From the NCBI RefSeq assembly GCF_009914755.1, contig NC_060926.1: a stretch of 64,000 nucleotides of DNA; one strand, 5' to 3'. Positions 52,764 through 64,000 of this stretch are shown piece by piece; positions within the stretch are counted from its first letter, which is position 1, and each line of letters begins with the position of its first letter. A model generated the notes under the pieces. The model saw nothing but the letters and a program-made list of their open reading frames with translations. It had not been told where the DNA came from and ran no database searches. Origin of the DNA: the human T2T-CHM13v2.0 reference genome, Homo sapiens. The position numbers were made by a program, and so were the translations under genes.

Positions 52764-52910
52764 CTGAGAAACAAAAGAGAAAGGAAATTAGCATTTTTTG
52801 TGTGTTAGAAAAATCAACAAGCTTTTCACCCATTGACTGTCAGTCATGTGCCCCTCCTTGGACTCGGTGCTTTGGGACACTAAATAAAAATGACAAGAAA
52901 ATAGAAAGGC

Positions 52911-53294
<384 letters not shown>

Positions 53295-54389
53295 TTATTG
53301 ATTGCATAAATAATTATGTAAATGTTTGAAAAAGAGAAAAGATGTTTAGAATCAAAGACTACGTTTTGTGATTCTACCAAAATACATGATTGTGAGAAAG
53401 GGAAATGCTAGCATGTGTTAGAGGAATGTAGGATGTTTTCTTGCACAGGGTGGGCCCTTAGAAGACCTGAGGAGGTGGAGAGAAGCTGGGGACAGGGAGG
53501 GGGCTCAGAAGATAAGGCTGGGGTGATATAGGTGAAGTTGGAACAATGTGTATCTCCTCTGGCACTGAGGAGATATAAAAATCTAAAGCAATGCCTCTGT
53601 GTTAGAATAGGGATGATAGATGGCTACAAATGCCTGTCATTTAAAGACAGAGCTGCTAGCAGCTTTCTAAAGAGCCTCATCCCAAATTACCAATAGGCGT
53701 AGTATCCCTCTCTTGGCAACAGGAAATAGGGCTATGGCCTGGCTGAGGTAGGAAGCTAGTTGGGTGGAATGCCTTCCAAACACTAGGGATATGTTTGGCC
53801 TCAAAGCTCTCTCCTTGACCTGCTTGATGATGTCTAAGATCATTTGACCAGGAGCAAAGCAAAGCAGGAAGAAAGGACCCACACAAGGAAGCCTGGCAAT
53901 GTGGCAGACAGACCATTGCCATGAAGTTCAAACAGACCTGTGTTTTAAGTCCTGACTGCCAGCTTCTGTGCATGGGCCAGTCTTGAGCTTTTGAATAAAG
54001 ATGACACATTCACATTAGACTACAGAGCTATTATATCAGTAAATCATCCAGCACAATGCCGGTCATGGGCAGGGACTAAATAAATAGTAGAAATTATTAA
54101 TTTAAGGAAAAATACAAACTTATCACAAAGGAAATTTTCTAGCTTGACAATTGTGACAACTTTAATGCTGATAAAGGAGGAACTGAGGCTTAGTTGAGAA
54201 GCGATTAAAGGTCTCTTCTTGGTCTTTACGTAATGCTCCTCAATCTGCATGAAATCATGTCAGGGCTTCCTTCTCAGAGCTATGGAATACGTCTGTTGTT
54301 TTTAACCTACCCAGAATTCATTTCTTCTCTTTCTGGTTTTCCAGATCCTCAGTTTTCCTTGGTGGAAGCATTGAATCTACTCTTGCTCC

Positions 54390-55060
54390 ACAGAGTTAGT
54401 ATGGAATTGAGCCTAACTCCTAGCTGCAAGACGAGCAATTGATCCAGGCTTACCAAGTTAGACTAGTGCATCCTCTGGCCATCCTCCCCTTCTCATCAGG
54501 GATTTGAGTGTGACTTACAAATTAGTCCAATCAGAATAAGTCAAATATCTTATAACTATGGGGAAAAATAAGTTGTGTTTCTGCTAGGGTTGCTGTGAGG
54601 ACGGGCTGAAAGCTGACAGCTGGCAACCAAATTGGAAGAACCTGCCAGAATGAAGACAACTAGAAGAAAGCAGAGAGGAGAAATGAGAAACAGAGTCCTG
54701 ATGTGAACAGAGCAAATATGCCACACTCTCCTAAGTGCCTTGAATATCAACTTTATTTAACTCTTTCAAAAATCCTATGAAGCGGTTATTATGTTCATTT
54801 TAGAAGAAAGAAAACTGAGTCAGTCACTGAAAGTTAAATAACACGTTCCAAGTTACACAGTAAATAGGTACTAGTACAGGGATTTAATTGCAGGCAGTCT
54901 GGCTTCAGAGTCCTTGCCTTAATAGATATACTCTACTATCTTTTCAAGAGATGCTTCAGATTCTGGATCCCCTATAGTTACAGTAATGTTAGCTAACACA
55001 TTTCCTTTCTTGGCTTAAGCCATTTTCTACTAGCTAGGATTCTGCCATTATCTCTCAAAA
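54390..55060. mobile_element. Old MLT1 (J/K-like) LTR relic interleaved with a MIR (about 54715-54940)
   Basis: 'ttagtccaatcagaat', 'cttcagattctggatcc...ttcctttcttggcttaagcca'; MIR 'cattttagaagaaagaaaactgag...caggcagtctggcttcagagtcc'. Confidence 0.55.
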
Positions 55061-55738
55061 GCATGCAGAGTAATTTAACTGCTCACCCAGTGTTCTCTGC
55101 CTTGCCCATGGTCTCAGTCTTAGCCCAGATCCTCCTTTTCACCTGCTAAAGACATTACCCAAATGCCTTTCATTCAAAATTCTCTACATTCCAGCACAAA
55201 ACTGTGTTTGGATCTTACTTCTATTACTCCTCTCCAGAAAAAAAAAAAAAAATCCTTTTTGTTGGCTATTAATGATCTCTCTAAACCTACAGCTGAGCCA
55301 ATCAATTACTTCCTACAAGTCCATCGACATCTCTGATTACGTGCTCCATCATATTACTAGGGAAAATATCTAAAGTAGTATTTGGCAATTTAAAAAAATC
55401 TCATTCAATATCCTTATTCAGTAAACGTATTAGTCTTAAGAACTCTGCTAATATAATTTAGAATTTTTAAATTAATTAAATTAGACACTGGAGTTCTTAG
55501 GACTCACCCCACCCCTTTTCTTCTTTTCTTGTGAAGGGGAATGGGTGACTGTAGGTTACCACCACCTCCCAATGCCCCAGTGCTTCTTGTTAGCTTTCAA
55601 ACAGTAGTTGGAGTATGTTAAACACGGTTTCCTTGCAACCATTTCCCCCCTCTTCAAAATGCACATTTATTCCTTCCCCTTTCTTTCATAGGCTACTTCT
55701 CAGCAATTCTGCCATTAACTCAAGAAAAGTAGAATGTG

Positions 55739-56259
55739 CAGTTTACCCTTGAACAATGCAGGGGTTAGGTGCACCCCCCACCTCATGCAATTAAAAACCT
55801 GTATATAACTTTTGACTCCCCAAAAATTTATCTATGAATATTAGGTTGGTGAAACAGTAATTGTGGTTTTTGCCATTACTTTTAATGGGAAAAAGCTGCA
55901 ATTACCTTTGCACCAACCTATAGCTAACTGTTGAGATCCTTTCTAATAACATAAACAGTAAATTGACACGTATTTTGTTTGTTATATGTGTTTTAATACT
56001 TTATTTTTACAACAAAGTAAAGCTAAATAAAAAATATTATTATGAAAATCATAATAAAGAGAAAATGTATTTACAATTCATGAAGTGGAAGAGGATAATC
56101 ATAAAGGTCTTCATCCTTGTCCTCTTCATACTGAGTAGCTGAGGAGAAGGAGGAAGAGGAGAGGTTGGTCTTATGATCTCAAAGGTGGCAGAGATGGAAG
56201 AAAATCTGTGTATAGGCAGACCTGCATAGTTCAAAGCCCCTTTGTTCAAAGGCCAATTA
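55739..56259 (-). mobile_element. Tigger2a (MER28)-like TcMar element
   Basis: TIRs 'cagtttacccttgaacaa' and 'ttgttcaaaggccaatta'; internal 'ataacttttgactccccaaaaa'. Confidence 0.88.
55841..55920. mobile_element. MADE1 nested in Tigger2a
   Basis: 'ttaggttggtg...caccaaccta' flanked by TA on both sides. Confidence 0.9.
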
Positions 56260-58949
56260 TATACTCTGTGTGTGTGTGTTTACATGAACCTATAACAAAG
56301 AGACCATATTAGGTTTAATCATGACACTCATTTTTATTGGCTACTCTACTTTCTCTCTGAACTTCTTAATCTATTAATATACTTAGTTGTCTTCCTAGCT
56401 ATATATTTTGAGGTTAATCTGTAGTGCAAAGGTGAAAAGAATTATTGGTTAACATACAAGCTGCTATTTTCATCTGTGGTTGGGAAAGGCAGCATTTTCA
56501 AGCTGAAATCTACAAGACTGAGACAGATTTCCTAAGAATGTTCATGGTTTTCCACTTGACCACATGAATTTGTTTGGAATTTTGCCCTGCCTCAAAGACA
56601 TAAGGGAGAGTAATCTGTCAGCAGTGGATGCTTGAATTGCCTTCTCACCCTATGTGCTTTAAAATGACCCCAAAATTGCTGAAGCAGGCTAAGTGTTTCC
56701 CCTCAAGGTGCTGGTTATACATTGCCAGGTTCTTAAGCTCCATTCATAGCCTCCCCATTTTCTGCTGACCCCATTCCTTGATTTTCCCGTTTCAATAGAT
56801 CTGCAAGCATAGAAACTATAACCTCAAACCTATTTGCAACCACTCAAAAAAGACACAATAGGCTGAGGCAAAACACACACGCACACAAACACAAGCACAC
56901 TGCCACCACCACTACCACTAACAACAACAACACAACCCTAGGAGTTTGTAACAAAAAAAAGTTCTGCTCCTACCTTGGGAATATCTTCACATGCCATCTC
57001 CAGAAAGGAACAATTGTGATTTCAGATGGTTGAGAAGAATTACTTTGCATTATCGCAGCATTGAAATGGAATTTCTTCATAAGACAGGATGAAAATCCTT
57101 CTTTAACATAGTCTCTTTCCTGATGACAGGTTATGGCATGGTCCTTGTGTCTGAACAGCAGTGGTGAGAGTCTCTCTGGGAAACTTCATGGTGGTGAAGA
57201 CCTGAATGGAGATACCTTTGAATCTGCCTGTCAGCAGAACTGACCAATACAGGCTCAGTTCAATAGCAGCTGGATGTAGCTGCTTCTAAGGATGAAGAGC
57301 CGCTCCGCTCCAACTCTAGAGCCTATAAAGTGCTTGAACTTTGGGAAGGGGTGGGGGTGGGGGGATATGAATAGACCTTATGCTTTCACTTACCATACCC
57401 TGAACCTAGATAACTACTTTTTCAATGGTTTTCCCATAACTGAGTGAATGTACCCTTATGAATTTCTTGAACAACCCTGGTGAAACTTTGTCTTGAACTC
57501 ATATCACAAGAACAGAAATAGAACTTACGTATCCTTGCATGTTTCAGCTCTATCTTGAGTCATGTGTCTTAAGAAGTGTATATTTATTTTTAATTCCAAC
57601 AATTTTTGTTGAACTGGCCAATTACATTCTTTTGATTGTGAGCCATTTAATCAGATTTTCTAGTGCCCTGGCTACATCACAGAAGGAAACTCATTTTTGT
57701 TCTTTTCAGTTCACTGGGTAAGTGAATGCCCAATTACCTTCTGGGGCCGTCACTGCTCATCGCCATTTTGGAGTTTTTGCCTCCAGGCCCCACTCCAGTT
57801 TCCTCTCCAGTTACCTTATCTCATTTCCCAGTTGCTCGGCCAAGTGAGGCTTCCAGGACACAATGCCAATCTCAAGGTACAGAGTTGCAGGGTAAAAAAT
57901 GTTGCATCTAGTTACTATTGTAGTTCATAATATGGAAGTCACATATACCTCACTCCTCTGTATTATTAATTATTTGACCCAAATATCCTATTGCTTAAGT
58001 CCTTTGCCTTTATGTAATTCACCTTACATTCCAACTCCCAGTAATTAATAACAGGGTAGCCTTTTTGTTCTCCAGGGAAAGAAAAGTATCACCCCTCTAT
58101 ACATGGGGATTAGGTAATTAATGCAATGTTTTTCACTGGGAATGCCTTAATGAACCTTTTGGTCTTGTTTTTCTCCCAGAATTACACTCTACAATTCAAC
58201 TCTAGAAAGAGCTTTAATTGTTTGGAAATAAATAGAGAGTCATTTCTGGAGTATGTTAAAAAGCACATTGTCAGGGATCTGAGATCTATAAGGAATCACA
58301 TGTTTAGTCATGCAATTTCAACAATATTAACCCAATTCACCTCATTAGAAAATAGAGAGGGAAATGAATGGAAAACGTATTTGGTGATGTAGGTGAGGGT
58401 ATATGTAATGCCATTGAGTTTATGATATTTCCACTGTAGAAAGGAAGTTAATAATTGGGAGTAATTCCCATTGATTTCTAGTGCATGTAGTAGGCACCAG
58501 CTAGATTTACTCAAGAAAAAAATAACTTTGAAAAAGCAACATTTTACTCTTTCAATTATCATTCCTGGTACATAATAAAGAAAATTTAAAAGATTATATA
58601 AAAGTGAGTTAGACTCACTTTTCACTAATACTTTTCCAGTATTAAGCAGTAATGGCACAATTTATTTACAACCATCTGTAATCAGATCTTTGTCTAAACC
58701 TGTATATTTCATCTTTTTATTGTAATGAGTGACCCCAGACTATTTTAAATGCTGGGAGTGAAGGGGCTTCTTTTTATATTCAATTTCTTATTAAAGTAAA
58801 GAGGATATTTAATATGATTCACTCTGAAAATTAAATGCTCCCAAGTTGCATTTTAAGACATTTAGCATAACTCATGTTTTAATTCTGTGTTTTTAAATGC
58901 TCAAGGACTTGAGTTTCTGCTCTCAGCAAATCTTTGCCTCAGGAGACTC

Positions 58950-60110
58950 TTTTTTGTTCTTAGTGTTTCAGAAAAATATTTTCAACTAGCTCATCTTCTG
59001 GCTCACTAATCCTCTCTTCAGCTGTGTCTAATCTGTTATTAAGCTGATCTATTGAGATCTTCAACTATTGTAGCTTTCAATTGTAGAATCAATTTTCATT
59101 CTATTATTTCTTGTAGATTTTATTTCTTTGATGAAAGTTTTTATTTTGGTTATCTATTTCTTTCAACATCTTAATCACTGTTAATTTAAAGTCCATAACT
59201 AATAACACTGAGGTCTGGACTATCTATGGTTCTGCTCGTAATTCTTGTTTTGTTTTCCCCTGTTGGTCATGTTCTTGGTAATTAATTTTAATTAAATGTT
59301 AAATAATGTATTTGAAAAAATATAGTGCCTCTGGATAATATTTTTTCCTCCAGAGAGCATTCATCCTATCCCCTGGCAGGTAGCAGAAGGAAAGATCCCC
59401 TCAATCTAGTTAGGGAATGAGCTGACTTGAGCCTGCTTTGAAGTGCTTGTGAGACATTCTAATATTGACTCAATGGCATTTCCCTGGGACAGTCCTGCAG
59501 AGATACAAATAAAAGCCTGCATTGTTATCCATGTTTCTCCCTCCTTGTGGGTCCTGATCTCCATTTTTTCTTTCCCTAGGACTAAGAAACAATGAGAATC
59601 TCTGCTCTGATATTCAGCCACTTTCTCCTTGTTTTCATATCTTCTTGTTCTGCACAACTCTATGAACAAATGTCTTGGGGCAAAAACTTGCTCCTAGTTT
59701 CAGGCTTGCTTCCCTCTGACTCCCTCCTCCTTCTAGGATCTTGATCTCTCAGTCCTGCCTGCCTTGGCAACCCCAAACTCAAAGTTTCACTTCTCATTCC
59801 TGTGAGTTCTCCTAAAGCTCTGATAGCTTCTCTGTATCTCAATATCTGCTCTGTGTCTGGATTCTCAGCCTTTTGACTCATGCCAGGGATGAACAAAGCC
59901 ATGAGGAAAACAGCAACATTCAGAAGCTATGCTCACTTTGATGACATTTCCTTCTCTCCAGGTCCTAGTCTCTCAAGTCCTGGCTGCTTCAGAAACTCTC
60001 TGAGGTCTTTGAACAGATTTCTTTTTAAGTTCAATCTGGCTTATCCAGTTGATTTTGATTGGATAATTTGCCTTCTGCAAGCTTTTTTCATAGAGCCAGA
60101 ACAGAAATCT
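58950..60110 (-). mobile_element. L1ME/HAL1-like 5' region (ORF1 plus 5'UTR relic)
   Basis: 'tcactaatcctctcttcagctgtgtctaatctgttattaa' and terminal 'gccagaacagaaatc'. Confidence 0.65.
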
Positions 60111-60939
60111 CTTTATGCAATTTGAAAATGCAATTTTCAAAAGGAGTTAAGAAACAAGTGCTTATTTCCCAGGTGTTCAATTATTTTGACCAAGGTTATG
60201 TCTTTCAATTACAAGCTAAAATATCCTAGCCTTTTAAGCATTTTCTCGGATACTTTTTGCATATTTTTTATATCTTAAAACAGAAATTTCTCTTGTGCCA
60301 GTTCTCCTGGGCAAAGAGTGACATTTTCTGTCTCCTTGTGTTTCCTAGCCTCATGTCTCTTTCAGTGTACACCAGTAACATCAAGTAATAAATTGGAAAA
60401 ACAGGCCTATATCCAACTGTATTTTGCAGTACTTCAGAATGTTTATAATGATTTTATGTAAAATGTCTTTAGGGCCTCAATGAAGTTTATTATCTGAATT
60501 TTCCTACATGTAACATTTCTTTGGCAGGAATTCTCAGAATTTTAATGCACTATTTCGAATCTCAATGAAATATATATAGTGTACAATGTTTCTCAAACTT
60601 ACCTGACCAGGGAAGCCTTTTTCATAAAATATCTTAGAGGTTAAACATACAGAAGAAAATATTTAGAAAATATATTCTTAAATGTAACCTGCCCTATAAG
60701 TTTACAAACTGGATTACCATGAAAAGCAGCAAAGGCTTATGTATTTTATTCCTAAATTATGTAAGCTGCCACTTTAGTTGGCAAAACTTTGTTAGGCAGA
60801 AGTATTTATTTACCAGTAAGTATATTTTTTGTAGTTCATTATTGTTTTAAATTATTTAACATTTGTGAATATGCACTGATGCTGCTTTTCAAGTAGTACT
60901 TATTAAAGAGGTGCTAGTTTCCTTTAGTTCATAATTTCC

Positions 60940-61660
60940 TTTGAACCGTGCAATAACTGCTGTTAAATAAATGATACATTTATTTTAAATATAAGCAAAC
61001 TGAGGCTAAAAAAATTTAAATAACTTTTCAAGGTTATAGAAGTATTATATGGCAGAATTGGGATTTGTCCTAAAATAAATATATTAATAACTTTGATCCC
61101 ACAATGCTAGATTAAGAAGTATTGAAAAAGGACAAAGGGAAAATGGTGAGATGGGTTTGGGAAAACAATCATTGAGTATGTCCACATTGTGTCTCTTAAT
61201 ATAAATTTATATCTCTTTTCCCAACTATCTTTAGTAACCCATGATGTTGAAAATTTCAGAACGGAACAGTGTACATCTTGATGGTAATAGCACATAATAA
61301 TATTATAGCTAACACTTTAGTAGTGCTTATTTTATGTACAAGACAATATTATAAATGATTTACACATGCATATTAACTCACTTAATCCTCACAAGAATTA
61401 TGATGATATTAGTAATAATTGCTATTACAGGAATCATTATTATTGAATATTTATTTTGTGATAGGCCAGGCTTTTTATAGTTTTTAACAGGCTTTTTAAA
61501 AAGTTTTCACAGTAAATAAATGAAATAAAAACTAATTATTTTTGCCATGGTTATACTGAGACATAGAGAGTTAAATGGATGTCCAAATATTACCTGATCA
61601 GTTATTCCAATCCCGATTGTATGAAAGAAAGCCGGTATTTTTAATCACCATACTATACTT
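60940..61660 (-). mobile_element. Several MIR fragments
   Basis: 'aaactgaggctaaa...taacttttcaagg', 'atagctaacactttagtagtgctta...aactcacttaatcctcacaa' and 'actgagacatagagagttaaat'. Confidence 0.65.
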
Positions 61661-62267
61661 GAGCTAAGCCTTGAGGGTTATGGTAATGGGAACAAAAAAA
61701 CTGTGATGCACTGCTTAAATACTATGCCTTTTTATGTTTTCTCACTTAAAGTCTCATAAAAGATTGATGACCAGCACCTAAGCAATTGTATTGTTTTGTG
61801 TTATTGTTATGGTTAAATAATAAATGTTATGGGATCTAGATAGAATTAATCATAATAGTAAAAACATGTCTCAAGAGGAGATTCTGCAATCTTTTACTCT
61901 GGCAAATTGCAACTCAACTCCCCAAAGATAATAAATGTAATTAATTCCTACCATCAGTAAGCATAGGATTCACTTGAGAATGGCAAGTTTAGGAGAGAAA
62001 AAAATGAGTTTATAGCCATAGAAATAAAAGCATAGTGTTCTTTGCATTTATATTTGAGAGAATTAAGTCACTATCCCTTTATCACCACACTCTTCTACTT
62101 CCAGTCAGGTTAGGGAAGAAGATAATATTTTAACTAAGAATTTAATTCCTAAGAAGTATGCAGGTCAATATTTTACCTCTGTGTAGCTAAAAGCAGACAT
62201 TAAGAAACCCCATAAATGCACAAATACAAGACAAGGTTGCTCCTTAAAATGTTTACTCAGAAAAGTT

Positions 62268-62670
62268 TGTGGTAGATTTTGTTTTTGTCTTCAGTTATCT
62301 GCTACCCTCCCTGTGAGAGGTTTACACATCCCTCCCAACTGCCATGTGACTTGCAGTGCCTCTCTGTGGGATGAATGTAATTCCCAGCCAGTGATGTTGA
62401 GCATGACCATTTGACTGGCTTCCATTAATTGAATGTGAGTATGCAACATCTAAACAGAAGCTTTAAGTGCTATTGAACAATTCTTCTATGGGAATGCATG
62501 TCATTGGCAGAGCCTACTCCACTTGTCTGGATTGCAGAATAACGAAGATACCTGGAAAAACAGCATGGAACTGACAAATAATGTGAATAAGAAATAAGCC
62601 TGCTGTGAACAATTGAGATTGTAATGTTACTTGTTACTACTGCAAAACCTATCAGAAGCTCACTGATACA
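62268..62670 (+). mobile_element. MLT1I-like MaLR solo LTR
   Basis: Starts 'tgtggtaga', internal 'gccatgtgacttgcagtgcc', ends 'agctcactgataca'; possible TSD aagtt/aaatt. Confidence 0.75.
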
Positions 62671-63261
62671 AAATTACCTTATGTAAAAGTCCTTATGATT
62701 TTTTCATTTGTAGAGTGCTGTTTTAATTACTTAATTTGAAAAAATAAGTGTGAGTTAGTAAAATAAACAAATAAAAATCCTCCAGCAAGGCTACTTGTGG
62801 ATATCTCTGGGGTTCTCTTCAGTGAATTGATTGAAAAAGAGGCACAAAAAGTTAATGCAAACTTAGTAATTATTTCTTAAAATATGAACTCACAATTACA
62901 AATATTAAATGCCATTGTAAGTTGGTATTTCAGAAGATTTCAAAGATTATTGTAAACAGCAATATATTCATGATGACTTTGCAAAATTTAAGAAGATATA
63001 CCTATAAAATTAATGGGATAAATAACAATTACATATCACCAAGAAAATAGTTACTTCTTACTGAGAACATTTTCACTGAAAAAACACATCAAGCTCAGAT
63101 TTTTGAAAAATGGTATATTCAAACATATTGGAAAGCAAGGAATATGTTGTATTCTGGAAATCTGTGTTAGGTGACTCAAAAATGACTCTAATGAGTACAG
63201 CTATACTGATTTTGAAGATGCACGTGAAAAAATAGAATATTATCAATTGTGGCTTTGATTA

Positions 63262-63303
63262 TACTAGTTTGGAAAATTTATGTACTAGTTTGGAAAATTA
63301 ATG
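63262..63303. repeat. 21-bp tandem duplication
   Basis: tactagtttggaaaatttatg / tactagtttggaaaattaatg. Confidence 0.9.
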
Positions 63304-63324
63304 TTTTCCCTTGAGTAATGGAAA

Positions 63325-63356
<32 letters not shown>

Positions 63357-63359
63357 GTG
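63325..63359. repeat. (GT)n microsatellite with one interruption
   Basis: Directly visible. Confidence 0.95.
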
Positions 63360-64000
63360 AGTCAGAGAAACAGAGAGATAGCAGTGCCCAAATTAACAGC
63401 TTCTTTCTTGACAAATCAGCAATTCATGCTGGTGAACACATTTTGAAACGATCTTGTTCTACAAGACTTGGAGTACCAACACTCACCTTGGATTGCCTTT
63501 CCGGAGCACTTGAGGATTTATCCTAGACTGCGTGACTTAGGCTAGGGGAAATGTACTTTTAGGGGAAGATGTCGAACCATTGAACAAAACCAACACTTTT
63601 AATAAGGGATAGAATTTTCTGAAAATACAGAAAGGTATATGTGAAAATTTGCAGGCTTGAGGGACACAGAAAATGTAAAAACCAAGTTGAACCCATTTTA
63701 ATAACCATTTCTTGATTGGGTTATACTACCTACCCAGAAGCCTTCAGACCCACTTTAGCCCTGAAACACCTGAAGTTTTCTACAGAAGATAACTGTTCTC
63801 TGTAATGTTGACAACGGTTATCAGGAAGCTTATTCATATAACCTTATTCCTTATTCTTTTGACCTGTTTATTTGGCTTCATTTCTTCAATAGCATACCAA
63901 ATGAAACGATGGTGTTTTCACCCAGGCAGCCTGGCAAACCATTCTGAGATACTGGGTACAGGGTCCCACTTCCCTTCCATCCCTTTACAAGGTTTAGCTT

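Overview
Primate, most likely human, nuclear DNA: AT-rich, CpG-poor and dominated by interspersed repeats. I can support no protein-coding gene, tRNA, rRNA or CRISPR array. The supplied ORFs are broken L1 ORF1/ORF2 pieces, antisense Alu/L1 frames or low-complexity noise. The window holds several large L1s (L1MA-type 2.76-11.28 kb, L1PA7/8-type 12.67-17.93 kb, an ancient nested L1M 25.5-36.1 kb, L1ME-type 39.2-45.3 kb), five Alus, several MaLR/ERV LTRs, MER58, Tigger2a, MADE1 and MIR/L2 relics. Subfamily names come from my recollection of consensus sequences, not from an alignment, and many boundaries are approximate. Four things stand out beyond ordinary repeat annotation. (1) A perfect 77-bp inverted repeat around about 474 bp of almost pure A/T inside an old L1 (43443-44070), a PATRR-like fold-back structure. 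(2) A 30-bp copy of the flank/LTR8A junction inserted and duplicated in an L1 5'UTR 1.65 kb away. (3) Several further template-switch-like scars. (4) Strong splice-signal-bounded exon candidates on the minus strand (best 52670-52763), suggesting a possible spliced non-coding transcript. I found no evidence for a new multi-gene biological system.
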